Shown here: one piece after another, positions 1-13,382 of the stretch | Layout: each line of letters starts with the position of its first letter | Numbering within the stretch: the first letter of the stretch is position 1 | Source: Magallana gigas | Taxonomy: Eukaryota | Length of the DNA: 64,000 bases | Direction of reading: 5' to 3' | Assembly: GCF_963853765.1 (NCBI RefSeq) | Contig: NC_088856.1 | Coordinates: 18,476,001-18,540,000, forward strand | Notes under the pieces: model-generated | Told to the model about the DNA's origin: nothing | Database searches by the model: none | Seen by the model: the letters and a program-made list of their open reading frames with translations, nothing else | Program-made: the position numbers and the translations under genes

Positions 1-242
1 ATGATGGCAAGCTTATTTTACAGGTAAGATGATGATTATTTCCTGGATTCACTTTTATGAATAATGAATAAATATTTGTAGTTTTATAATTTGTTGAGAA
101 TTGAAATTCATGCGAACCCCAAAAATCCAGAAAAGTTAAGCTAACACAATTATTGATGATTCTACAATAACAATGAAAGGTTTTGCTCCCACCAGTTTGT
201 TACACTGCATGTAGAATACAGAGCAGAAAACTCTTTACTCAT

Positions 243-420
243 CCTGTCCCACTTACTCCTCACAATAACCCCCTTCCTCAGCATGTCACACTTACTCCTC
301 ACAGTAAACCCTTTCCTCAGCCTGTCCCACTTACTCAACACTGTAAACCCTTTCCTCAGTTTGTCAAACTAACTCCTTACAGTAACCCCTTTCCTTAGCC
401 CTGACCCACTTACTCCTCAC
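243..420. repeat. 39-40 bp tandem repeat (~4.5 copies) containing the exon-12 donor site
   Basis: Units resembling cctgtcccacttactcctcacagtaaaccctttcctcag start at 243, 282, 321, 360 and ~400. Confidence 0.9.
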
Positions 421-3400
421 TCTCCTGGTACTCCTCTATATACTGCTCCTCCTCAGCATACTGTCCACGTGGGCTAGAGTTTAGGGCCCTGATGATGCCG
501 GCCAAGGAGTCATCCAATATAGCTCCGTCCCCTTCATAGTCACCGCGATTGTACTCTGTCAAAGTATGCAAACTCCAGTCTTAGTACAGTTATTTAGAGA
601 AAGTCAAAAATAAGAACAGCATTTAAACTTTAAGTTAATATAAAAATTTTAAAACAATGGAGGCTTCTATTTTTTTTAACATATACAATGATATGTTTCA
701 AATATGCATTAACACAATTATAGAGCTTTTTGAAAGTTTGCAACTCCAGTCTTAGTCTTATACACACTGATTTACAGTTTCTCACAAAAACCTTAGGTTT
801 GAAATATCTTTTCCACTATGAAAATGTTAATGAAAAAAACAATCACTGTACAATGTACATGAATGTAACTTAAATGTAGATAAATAAATAAGAAATATAC
901 ATAATATACATGTATATAAACTCCTAACCTTTCTTATATGACTGTGACAGGGAGATTCCAGACTCAAATGCAAAGGAGGGAGAGCTGTCCTCTTCACTGC
1001 CCTTCCCCGGGGATTTCCCTTTGTTGCCGTGTTTTCTGATGAGCTCTGTGTCGGACACCAATCTCTGTCGCCGCCCATCCTCTGTCCCCCCAGAGTTGGA
1101 ACTGTTGGGGGCTCTAGATGAAGTGGTCCCACTTGCTGAGCTTATACCTTCATCTGTTCACAAAGTCAAAACTATAAAACTGTGTTAAAACATGTAATTT
1201 TCATCTTGATAGTTCAAGACTATAAATTAGTTAAAATGGAAATGAAAAGTTATTGGTATTTATTATTAATCATCATGCGTTTTTAATTGTCTTTAACTGT
1301 ATAATTTACATAATTAATCCAATCAGTTAATGCTGTTGCCTTTTGTGAAAAAATATGCTTGATGAATTTTGAATGAACACTCTGCCTTTTTTACATCTAT
1401 TTTAATTCAATTCAATGGTTTATTGACAACACCATGTTGGCATACAGTCAAGATGAAATCAAATGACAGACAAAAGAAAATTATAACAAAAAGGCTACAG
1501 CATGCAAGACAGTTTTATACAATGCTTCATAGTCCCTGGAACTGTTTAATTATTTAAACATTATATATTAACCTCCCAACATTATATTTAAAGTAACTAA
1601 TTATTAGAACAACCAGACACTTAGACACAGCATTATGGCAGGAGTTAATTACTGATCTTATTAACCTTTCAAAGATCCAGCACTGGACACTCTGTCTTTA
1701 TTGGCACTACTTGACCCGTTTTTGACTCGGATTCTCCTCCTCAGCCGGTCAGTGGAAGGTTCCCGGGGAGGGTGGGGCTGCACCAGTAGGTCAGGCTGGA
1801 CATAATCTAAAAATAGACATAGTTACTTTAGAGCAGTCCCATACTTAAAAACAAAGTTTTGGGTCATTAGAGTTATCAAACATCCAAGAAAGAGCCTATT
1901 GTCATAATGCATGCCTAATTAACACTGAAGTCTTTGTGAGAAAAATGGTGAATAACAGAAATGAAAAATTTTAGACTACGTTTGACAAAAATGCTTTTAC
2001 TAAAAAAAAGCACAAAGAAAATGTTTTAAGTCACCTTTTTTGTGCAAAATCTAAGCTCAATGAAATAATAAATAAAAAAAAGAAATGAAGATCAAAGAAA
2101 ACACTCCAAAAACCAGATTTTGATTCCCTTTCTGTTTTTCTGGCAGTAACTTTTCATGGTATGCTGACTTCATTATTAACTGTAGATGTATTTTAATTTG
2201 TGACTGGTCATTAATATATGGATTTTGTTATTGACTATAAATGTATTTACCTGCGTGACTGGCCATTATTATCTAGCCTGTGTAATTGACTATCAATGTC
2301 CTTACCTATGTGACTGCCCATTATCTGGTTTGGGTGTTTTAACTGTAGATTGCATTTACCACTGATCCACTGATCAATGTAATTGACTGTAGATAGCCTT
2401 ACCTATGCGACTGGCCATCTCCAAGTCCTGCTGGGTGGCAGGGTCAGAGAACTGGCGTCTGTGGGTGACAGCTCTATGGACTGTTTCTTGGGGTCTGTCC
2501 CCTCCCCCTCCGGTATCAAACCCTCCACCCTCCCGGGATAGGCTGTCTGACAGGTCTTGATATGTAGACTCTCCAGGATCTTAAACAATTTTACATTCTT
2601 TTTTTTGTAACTTTTATCAGATTTCTGCAGTATATATACACAGAAGATAATTCAAGTTAAAGTTTTAGTCACTATAAACTCAGAGAAATTGCAGATAACA
2701 GTATTTTTTTTATAATGTTAAACTTTGGCATCGTTGAAATAAAATATTGTTCAATCTTGTATAGGTTCATATGTGAAGATAATACATGTAGTTTCTGTAA
2801 TACACACCATAGAATGTAAAATGGCTGAATCGTTTACTTGTTGAGATCTACCATACATGTATCTAAACAACTTCACTTACCATCAGCTCTTGAAGTTGCA
2901 CTTCTGTTACTTCTATTGGTGATGTTTCCCTGAAAGAGGACAAACAAAATTTAAAACAGCATGTCGGTAATAAAACTATAAATCTAAATCCTTACCAGCA
3001 AAACTCTGATTCATAAACAATCAAGACAGGCTCCTCAGCAGTAACCAGTAAATTACCAACCAAAAACCATTAAAGTACTTGTCACATATCACACTCTTTT
3101 ACTATTCTCACTGACATATTTATTCATCAATTTCATTCTGCCAAATTGCATAGTAAAATATTTACCAGTACTGTATTAAATAGAGATATCATAAAGATAA
3201 TATCACAAAGTTTGCAAGGATTGAATCATCTGAACATTTTAGACAGATGCAGTGAATGTGAATTTAGATGGAATACTGGAGTAGAGATTTTGCAGTACAA
3301 TCTTTGATAGTAAAATCAGTGTCATCAGTGTGTCCTGTTTATATATTTACATTATTAGGAGGAAAAGCCAAGAAACTGTATTGCTAGTTTCTCTCAGTGT

Positions 3401-6400
3401 TATATAATGCTCCATATAAAACTACTTTTAATGTGACATCAAACAAAGGCATGGATTGTACAAAAGAGTAATTCAAAGGGAATTAACTCTGCTGTGCAGC
3501 AGTAGATGCTGTGCTTTTGAGTGACATTTAGCACAGTGATTTACCCCCCAATTAAAGGACGTCATGGAGGCATGTCCGCTGGAAAATGTCCTTCTCAATA
3601 ACTTCAACAAAACATGAACAAAACTGGCTTGAGTTGAATCTTATCATAATGAAAATCATAACATTTAATTGACAGATCAATGGCAGATAAAGCAAACTGG
3701 CAATAAACCTAACAGTAATTTTTTTCTATATAAAGAAAATGACAACCCAACATTAAATGATAATGGTTTTTTTTTTCAAGCCTCACCTTGTTTTTGCCAG
3801 AGGTTGGGGCCCCTGGAACTTTAGTTCCAAATGCAATGTGGTACCCAGAGTCATTGAGAGAGGTTCTTCTTCCACTGGCATTCAGATCTTTAAAAAGGAA
3901 CAAACAATTACTACATGTTCTATAAAATAGGAGATGGTCCTAAAATTCCAATAAGGCCTAAGAAAAAAAATTGTTTGTTTCTGCTTTCCCGACCGACCTT
4001 AGCTTTTACCCCCCGACTCAAAACTATTTTTAAGGATTTTTGATGGAAAATTGTTTATTTTCATTTTTATCCGATTTGGAAAAAAAATTACTCAAAATTT
4101 TGGTCACAAAAACGCTTGAAGCGGTTACTCTTCTCAGATCAGTGTAACTCAAATGTTTTGTTTCAAAATGGCTGTATGTTTCCATGTGTTGTAGATTTTA
4201 ATAATGCTCTCATCGTTGGTAGAGGAAGTATCTGATACATGTATATAATATCATTTTTGTGTTTTCTTAAGACCAGCTTAATAGTCAGGAATGATATTAA
4301 AAGTATTTCTCATTTTCAGTATCAGTAGTGTCAGTATCTAACCGGCATGTATGGATACTGCAATATTAAAGGAAAAAAAAAATATTTGAAAAAATAAAAA
4401 AAATATCTGACCGACCGACCCTACTTTTTTTCAGCATGAAAGCGGAAACAAACTATTTTTTTTGTTAGGCCTAACTAATAATTCTATGATAAATAACATT
4501 CTTTGATCTTTTTACATTATCTGCTTCAGTGGTGACAATTTTTTTTCCCTGGTTTGAACATTATCTTTTTACCTATTTCTGTGGATAATCTAACAGAATT
4601 ATCTCCTCCTTTTAATCTCTCTGCATGCTTGATCTTGGCCATGTTAAAGATCTGAGTCACAAACTGGACATCTGTTGCAAACTGGCACTGCTTGGGAATT
4701 GCCTCTAGTTCTCCTGTGTTACATGGCTCACACCCATATATCTCTGTAATTCAAATACATCTCAGTATCAATTCAATATGTGCACAAAAGGAATGCATCG
4801 TCACCTGCTTGTAGATATGTGTACTGCCAAATATCATAAATTTGCTCTGTTCTATGACAAGAAAATAGTTTCAATCTCAATGGAATTCCAAAGAGGGGGA
4901 ATTTTTTGCATAAAATGAAATTTAAAGTACATTAGTTATTTCAGTAATTCCAACGGAATCAGTTTACCTTCTCAAGTTCTGAATCATTTTAAGAAGTTTT
5001 TTCACCACTCTTATACCCCCTCCCAACAACACAATTTCCTCCTTAGGTATCTAATTTGGAAATTTTATCAAAAAATGCTTATTCTGTAATAACCCAAGTT
5101 GCTCTATTACAATACATAATCATAAAGAGGCTTCCATTCCGCACCTTCATCCTCTGCGGTGTCTGGTGGCTGACTCTTCAGTGTAAATATCCGGCGGAGT
5201 TTACAGTTGGCTGACACACAGACAGACTCGATAGAGCGGTAGGTCTGGCCTCGCCATGTTTCTCCCACTATAGACACAAGGTCCACACAGAGGTTCAACC
5301 ACTGAAAAAACACAAGAGTGCATTTCATTGATTCTTCTCTCTATGTACATGCCGCTTAATTGTCTTCATATGAAAAGAAGCTTCTTTTGGGAACATTAAC
5401 ATTCCAATTGTACCATCACATTAGCTGCTAATTACTAACTGGCATTCAGTAAAATACTGTCCTAGTTTTTTGTTTTAAACATGAAAGATATTTAAACAAT
5501 GTAATATGGGTCTTGTTCTATCACATTTAGTTCAGCAGATATATAAAAAAAAAAGTTAACAATGTCTTCAGATTTATAATATGTTTGCATCTTGCTAGAA
5601 ATACAAACATGATATACAGGTAGATATGAACAGTTTAGTAGTAAGACCTCTTTACCCTCACATAGGAACCAAAGTTCCCAAGGAGAGAAGAACCCATCAA
5701 GATTCACAAAGGCAAAGAATTTAACAAATGCTGTTAATAATCCTTATGGACAAAAATCACAAATCAATTCCTTCATATGACAAACATGTATTTTCAGTCT
5801 TATTCTGAAGGATAATAATACCATGTGCCTCCTGAGAATGGTGAGAGGAATACGAGCATGGAGTTCAGTAACATGGGTGTCCTTTTGTGCCGAGGAAAAC
5901 ATCAATCTTCTCTTGTTCTTCCTTTGATCGATAATTCTGTAAAATAAATGTGCATTCAAAATCTAACACAATACACGTACATCTGAACCACATTCACAAG
6001 TAAGCTCAACACACATTTTTAAAAATATTACACATATATGAGTACCGGTATCATTCTTCAAAATTGTTCAATTTGTGTACGATAGAGCAATATGAAAAGC
6101 ATTATGAAATTGAAGAAAAAAGAAACATTTCTCACAGAAGTAAAATAATAGATTTTGGGGACAAAAAGTAAAACATACATGTACATATGAGTACCGGTAG
6201 ATGCAATTTCCAAATAAATTACTGTTTAGGTAGCACTAAGCATGAATTAGAACTGAATATGATATAAAAGAATCAGTAAAATGAAATGGTAGTCAAACAT
6301 ACAAACAGATGGATTGTAACCTTCACTGTTGTGATGAAGCACCCAAGGATTGAGATGACCTTTTTCTGTATGGTTAAAACCACTTACCCTATTTCAAACG

Positions 6401-8632
6401 AAAACTCTTTCCCCCTTGGTACAAACAGCTGAAAGACCAGGTATCTCTGCACAAGATTTGCTGAAAAAGAAAATCGTTAAATCATATTACTGCCAATACA
6501 GAATCAAACCTCATTTTTTTTAATCTAATTCAAATGTCAATAAAAAAAGAAAACCACGAAGTATCTGGGGACTAAGATATCATCTGACTGAAATACAATA
6601 CTCAAAAAGAATTCCTACTCCTCTTTGATATGAGACCTACTTTTATTACTTTACAGTATCAGTATTGTTCGGTTCAAAAAATAATTTATGCAGTCAAACT
6701 AATTGGGACTGTTTAAAAACTTTGAGATATCAGTGCATTCAAGATATCAAGGGTAAATACTTAAAAAATAAGTGATTGGGACTTACAAATCACCTCGATA
6801 AAGAAAGTCCCTTACCTTTTGGTAGCTGCAACTTAGTCGTTGTGGTGGAGCCCTCCAAACAATACAGAAACCCCTTGACATCTTTCTCATATTCCCTTTT
6901 GATCCCACTGCCAACTTTCCAACCATGAGTGGGGTCTTTACCTTGTGCAGAGAAAATTTCAACAAAGGGTCCACCCTGCAACACAATTCCTCATAGCATT
7001 ATCAAGCTGTCAAGACTAAGTACCTTTATAAGAAAATCTAATAATGTTCATGTACATGTACGTTAATAAAATTATTTCAAGCACTTAATGACTACCGGTA
7101 TAAACCAACCCAATTTTATGCTAACAAGTATTTAAACATCTTGTGATGTAGCCTTATGGTGGTCATCCTGGTAAAATAAAAATTCAAGACGAAACACAGA
7201 TTTAAAAATGTTAAATGACTAAATTATAAATCCCTTATCTATAAAAGACACTGATAGAAATCTATGGATTTTACTCCTACTGATGGTGACCAAGGAAGTG
7301 AAGGGATGTAACTTTTGTAAAAAGTGGATTGAACTATACAATAATTGTGGCAACATGCATGCATGCAGATGGAGAATCAAGTTTAAGTTATGCAACTGTG
7401 ACAGTCAGACCAGCTAGATCACTGGTGTTAGAAAGCTAACTTGGTAGAGAACCCGGCTAGAGATTATGGGGGCTTGGGTTGGAATATTGGTCTGGTCCAT
7501 CATTATTTCTAACACTAATTGTTACACAACTCTCTTCTTTCAGGTCCAGTACAATCTCCAGATTAAGCTATATAGCTTGAAAAAGCTATATTGCTTTATA
7601 AAGCTATTCAAAATAGCTTAATAAAGCTATTTATATGCAGTTTTTGAAGAAAATATTAATTGTAAGAAATGGACGCAAAATCGCAATTAACTTCTACTCA
7701 TATCTGTGCCACTGACCATTATAAACTTGACCCAAATGTAAGATAGTTTTAACACTGCAGCTTTTAAACACTTTTAAGCAAAAAATATATTTCCATTGTT
7801 TGGGTAACTGTTCACCACTTTGTGTGCAATGAGGCGTGGATAAGTATGATTTCTTCTCATTGTGATAGATAATTACCAATCAATTATCTTGTTTACCATA
7901 ACTGACCTCCTTTATATTTCATTCAAGAAGTAACTGTGTGGTCATGAATCAGTTGCCCCAAAACTTTTAGTGCAAAGTCTCTTAAGGAGACGCAAACTTA
8001 TGAGTAATCTTTACATGCATTGTTTACAGAACAGTTCAAAGTTGAAAATTATCACTGCACTAAAGTGCGATTTTTTATACATATTGAAAAAATTACACAT
8101 TTAAGAAAAATATATGGCAAAATAGCTAAATGAAGCTATTCTGAATAGCTTAATAAAGCTATTTAGCTTATTCAAGCTATATAGCTAAATCTGGAGATTA
8201 TACTGGACCTGTCTTTTATCTAAAATTTTGCTACTATAGCAGTAGTTGTTAAATTGTCAAACTCCATATAAACTAATTTACCCATAAATAACATGCAAAT
8301 CTAATCTCAATCAACAAACGAATCTATGTGCATTTTTATGTAAATGAAGTACAGAGGAAATTCCAAATGACTCAGAAAATGTGGCATTGTTCCAAAAGTA
8401 ATTTTAATCATTATGCCCATCATTTGCTTTTAAACAGACTAAACACTTTAAACATAAATACACTTATATATGCAGGTCTTCAATTTCAGAGCCCCGAAAA
8501 GGAAGCTTTCTCACGAGTACATTTTATGCAAGCACCTGCTCCCTTGTGTACTATAAAGACATGATAAAGTTTAAAACAAGGAAATATGGCAATTTGTTGG
8601 TGTTTGTTTACCTGATAATCAGTTTTATACAT
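414..8632 (-). CDS. CFAP20DC: CFAP20 domain-containing protein (C3orf67 ortholog), 3' part beyond left edge of window
   Basis: 12 phase-consistent GT-AG exons: 8612-8632, 6816-6975, 6388-6460, 5822-5936, 5145-5301, 4573-4743, 3787-3887, 2881-2929, 2403-2579, 1666-1806, 929-1153, 414-555 (510 codons, open). The N-terminus [22 protein letters not shown]...WLNLCVDLVS...VSANCKLRRIFTLK...HIAFGTKV matches the recalled human [22 protein letters not shown]...SANCKLRKIFTLK...HIAFGSKV. The last exon ends at a GA|GTAAGT donor. Confidence 0.9.
2175..2420. repeat. Degenerate ~55 bp tandem repeat containing the exon-9 donor site
   Basis: The motif aattgactgtagat..ccttacctatgcgactggccat recurs, with ttac at 2250, 2305, 2359 and 2402. 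Confidence 0.7.
3955..4471. mobile_element. PIF/Harbinger-type MITE, copy 1 (CFAP20DC intron)
   Basis: ~35-bp TIRs GGCCTAA...GTTTC(T/C)GCTTTC with a 3-bp TSD TAA at 3952-3954 and 4472-4474. TWA TSDs are typical of PIF/Harbinger. Confidence 0.85.
7541..8211. mobile_element. Non-autonomous TIR element with long TIRs, candidate 5-bp TSD
   Basis: ~80-bp TIRs (~90% identical) begin CAGGTCCAGTA and are rich in AAGCTAT motifs. TCTTT flanks both sides. Confidence 0.8.
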
Positions 8633-8750
8633 GCTTGAGAGACATTTGGGTCTGATCCATGCAATGCATCGTTTTCTGTATGTCGTATTAAAGCTATGTC
8701 ACAACTTCTGGAAAATTTTCAAAAGTCACAGAAGAAATCGAAGCCATATT

Positions 8751-8785
8751 GGTTGCTACTGAGCCTGTCAGGAATTTTGTCCAAT
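8751..8785. promoter_or_regulatory. Possible CFAP20DC promoter: RFX half-site and CCAAT box
   Basis: GGTTGCTA at 8751 and CCAAT at 8781, ~120-150 bp upstream of the ATG. RFX regulates ciliary genes, but only a half X-box is present. Confidence 0.25.
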
Positions 8786-9145
8786 CATAGAGGCGCTAAC
8801 ATTTTTCTAAACCCATCGGAACTCCTTTAGTCAATTCGTGAATAGAATACCAAGCCCGAACATATTTCTTTAATCACACTGCTCTTAGTGCTTTATTGCT
8901 GCTTTAAAATTAGATAAAAAATTAAAGTTTACCCATATTGTTGTTATTATACTATGGCTAAATTTGATTGCGGAAACAGATGCCTCTGAGTAAAATGGCT
9001 GAAGTAGAAGGGATTTAAATTTATAAACTGAAAAATAAAAACTAATATATTGATATTTCAAAAACCCGTTCCTATACCTCTTGATGAAAAAATATGTAAT
9101 TTTTGTGTATTAAATGAAATAGAAGACGAGAGTCATTTTCTGCTG

Positions 9146-9556
9146 CATAGGCGTCGGAACCGGGGGGGCTAGGGGGGGCTTAGCCCCCCCACTTTTTTTG
9201 CAAAGTTATACCTAACCATTAGAAACATAGCATGATAGAGGGTTCAGCCCCCCCACTTTTTTTTCGCAGGAAAGATTATCGTTCCTAATTCACCTTGAAA
9301 GATTGAGAAGTTAGATTCAGAAGCATACTAGCGCCCCCCCCCCCCCCCCCCCCCCCCACGGATTAGGAATTTCATGATTTTGGGGAAAAAAATTTGGGTA
9401 AGTAATTTTTTTTTTTGGAAGTATAGGCATCCCCCCCCCTCCCCCCCCCCCCCCCCCACGGATTAGGATTTCCATGATTTTGGGAATTACTTTTTTCTCA
9501 ATACTTCTGAGGATTAGTCTAGCCCCCCCACTTTCAATTTGCTTCCGACGCCTATG
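9146..9556. mobile_element. hAT-like MITE with 5-bp TSD
   Basis: 14-bp TIR CATAGGCGTCGGAA/TTCCGACGCCTATG, TSD TGCTG on both sides, internal poly-C/G tracts. Confidence 0.85.
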
Positions 9557-11171
9557 TGCTGAATTGTACAATCTATTCTGATTATAGAAGGGAATTATTT
9601 AATAATATAGGATATAATCCAACACTGGTAATGTCAAATTTAGACTGTATATTTTTTTTCTACTGTCAAATTTTCCTAGACAAACCTCTAAATATTTAAT
9701 TGAATCTTACCTTTACAGACAATCATTATTGTATAAAAAACGCAATGCGTAATATGTGTATATTTATGTTATAATTGTATTTGCAGTGACATATAGGCCC
9801 AATGGGCCGGGTGTTTCATTATCTATTTTGTATAACATTTTGTAATTGTTATAACACATGTCACTATAATAAATTATTTACTTACTTACTTACTTACTTA
9901 TCAGTATGTATACCATGTACGTAGCTATGCTTGTATGCATATTCAAAATAGCGTCAGAAAAGCCGAAGGATTTGTACAATGTATATGTCTACAAACTGAT
10001 GATCGCACATTAATATTTTACCAAAATTTACGATGTTTGTTAATTTTTAGAGGCGGATCAGCTAGTGCTTCATGTATTTTTATAAAGTATCATATTAGAC
10101 ATTCGGTCTTAATTTGTGACTAAAATGATTTAATAATTAACGTTGTCCACGGACTTGCACGGTTTTTAAAGCTAGTATGTGTCTACAGTACTGAATTGAT
10201 CAACTTCATTTATCTACATAGTATTTGTTTACATTTCATTTGGTAAAATTGTTTTTCGGTAACCGAAATAAACCAAAATTTCTAAACAAAGCACAATTCT
10301 ATAGTCATTCGTGGTGAAAGGTATTGCATTTTATATCGTATATTTTGAAATTATTAACTTTGATATTGGTTTCTGCATGTTTCTTTCGTGTTTCTACAGC
10401 GGACTGTTCTTAACTTTAGATTTCACAAAGGCATATATATATGGAGTAAATTATTTTTTTTTTTATATAATTTCTTTTTTATCCCCCTTTTATATGTCAA
10501 TGAGACTTCATGGAAATATAACATACTAACATCTTTTATGCTAATATTTCTATAGGATTGTTTCTGCTTTTTAAGCTGCTGATACAAAATACCCTAGAGT
10601 GACCTGCAATGCATTAATTAAGTGGGGGTGTCACATGCACCTTTTGACTGAATCACTATTATATCACAATTCCGAAGATAGATATTTATGTTGGTTCGAA
10701 CTGTTTAAAATTACTGTTATAACGTACAAGTACATAATATTATTTTTGTTCATACCACTGTGATACAACTAACTAAAAGCATTCTTGTTATTCACAAATT
10801 TTACAGCAAAGATTTAGTTAAAGTGAAAAGGCCTTGAAATCCTTTGATAACTGCAAAAATAAGTCGATCTTTTTGAAGAGGTGAAAGTCCAATTAAACCC
10901 AGAGAAACTTTTCCCATTTTCGTTGAGTATAAACTATATATAAATTAATTTGCTCAACTTTAAAATTTGAAATTGTCCCTCGAAAACAGACATTTACATT
11001 TCCACTATTCATTCTGTCATATTCTTTCTCGTCCTATTTTCATATTTATAGTCAATTTCATTATTCAAATTAAAGAAAATATCGCATATTATGATTAATT
11101 TTGAAATTCAAAATGATCATCATAAACCATGGATATAAAAGCATTCTATCTCTCTTTCTCCATTCCATATC

Positions 11172-12744
11172 CAGTGGCGTAGCTAGAGCTAGAATGAAGT
11201 ATAGGCACCAAATACGGCGAGGGGTCTGTGGGTCCAGGGCAGCGCCCTGGTAGGGGGTTCAGGGGGGCGAAGCCCCCCGACTGAAAACGGATTTCATATT
11301 TTATAGAACACACAGGAACTAATTTTAGGCACTTTTCGTACATAAAATTTTGAGTTTTTTTAAAATATTTTTTTTCGTAGTAAAAAGGCAAAATATTTGT
11401 TAATACAATCCAACATTGTTTTCACCAGCAGTCTTGTTATCAAAGTGAATGGCGGGAAGAAGATGGGGAAATAAGATAGGGCAAATGCCCATTCGGTTTC
11501 ATCGTAAAATACAATTTTGAATTTATTTTATCAATTAAATCAATTCAAACTTATTATAATACAAGTTTGCAAAAGCACAGTTTCTAAATAAATTCAGTTT
11601 TTATTATGTTTAACAAACGATAGAGAAAATATATTACCTTAAATTTTGGTAGAATCGAACCCACAACATAAAAACCCTACTTATAGAAGGTTAGCTAATG
11701 TCTGGTGCTCTAACTTCTGAGCCATTTCATACACAACAAAGTAAATTGTTTAAATATAAATATTACGCGTGCCTTGAACTTTGGCCACGAATTTACGGAC
11801 TTGAATTATTTTTTTTCAAAACGTTCAATTGTTGAGATACAAAATGGTATTTTTATTGTATAGTGGGTCATCTCTTCACGTTTTTGTTGATTGAAATTGG
11901 TTTGTTTTCCAGAAAACCTTATTTAGTCTATGAGCAAAATATGGAGCAGAGACCCACTATATAATAGAAAAGACCTTGAAGTTGTAAAAAAAAATGACAC
12001 TATTGGAAGTTTTGATATACATGTACGTATACGTCTGTTTGAGTCAACATATTCCAAGTATTGAACAAATTTAAAGGTTAAAAACCGATGATATGTTAAA
12101 TATTTATTGTTTTAAATATATTTTTTTAAATATCAGATTTATTGATATTTAAATTTTTCGGTACTTTTCCGTCCGTGCATAGATATTTTACACGCCTTAT
12201 CCACCCATCTTCTACACTAAAGCTATTATCTGTCTCTATAGTTTAGTTTACTATTAAAGGGAAAACATTAAGACTTTGTAATTGAATGTCATGATTCAAA
12301 AACAGTTGTAATGGTTATTTTAAATTTTGATAATATAAGAAAACAGATATATTGCTTTGTTTTTTTTAAAGTCGTACATTATGTTACACGAAGTCAATTA
12401 AAGGCGTCTATTTTTATTAGCCGCAAATTTATCAATGATAGTTGAGATCGCAATATGCCTCGATCTATGAATATGATTTTACATTTCATCCAGTGGTCTT
12501 ACTTTTGGTTTATTGCCCGACATGTTTTTCACTGATTGACTGCGCAATAATTAGCATCATCGATGTCACATATTTGTGCCTCAAACAATCAGAGTTTTGA
12601 AATAGGGAAAAGAAAGATATTTGCCGTGTGCTTTTTTTAAAATTTGTTTTTTAATTAAATGTGACATTTTAACATTTTTAATTTTGGGTCTTAAAATCAT
12701 GTGTAGGCACGTGCCTTAAGTGCCTAACGGCAGCTACGCCACTG
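11172..12744. mobile_element. hAT-like non-autonomous element with 5-bp TSD
   Basis: 13-bp TIR CAGTGGCGTAGCT/AGCTACGCCACTG, TSD ATATC on both sides, no transposase ORF. Confidence 0.85.
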
Positions 12745-13382
12745 ATATCTCTCTTTTCTCCTTCTCTTAAGATGTACATATTATTAATATACAATGTATA
12801 TAACATAAATATACATGACGCTAGTTGATCCATATTGCCAATATTGGGTTTTGATATTCATATTTCAGATACATTAAATGTATAGTGTATACTGAAATAT
12901 ACGTAACAATTAACAGGCCTCTTTCAGAGCTGTGTACATATACATTACAACGGGCACATTCTCAATGAGTTAGAATATTTTTACGCGGATATTCCATGAT
13001 AAAAGGTTTCTAATATTGAAAAATTGCTTCTTCTAGGTAATCTCCATCTACGGAGGAAAGAGATCAGTCTCCGTTTTTTTAAGGGCATATCATCTCATTA
13101 GTAACTCAGATTATCCAAACAATATCATCATCCAAATTGTAAATGATAATATCCAAGTGGCTTTCCATTCATGCATTTAGTAAAAAGTTTATATTATAGT
13201 ACATTTATTGCGATATTGAACATAAATTTTGTTGAATTCACGAACTAAATGCAATTTTTATCCATCGGGTTCGAGGTTGGAAAAAAATTCAGGTTATCGG
13301 AAAGCCTTGGTGTTTTTCATCATTTAGTTTAAATCAACGCATTTGGAGTGGTGTTGTTTCTCAACAGATTGATTCTTTGAAA

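Noticed and set aside
1-30. Donor-like CAG|GTAAGA on the + strand at 23/24
   Set aside because: Only 23 nt of context are visible, and no convincing downstream plus-strand exon was found.
183-398. Plus-strand ORF with PVPLTPH-type repeats
   Set aside because: It is a by-product of the 39-bp intronic tandem repeat, antisense to CFAP20DC, and starts at a non-ATG codon.
827-1132. 101-aa minus ORF and the 2403-2588 ORF
   Set aside because: These are alternative frames over real CFAP20DC exons. Splice phases fix a different open frame.
9317-9571. Poly-Gly ORF
   Set aside because: It derives from poly-C tracts inside the hAT-like MITE.
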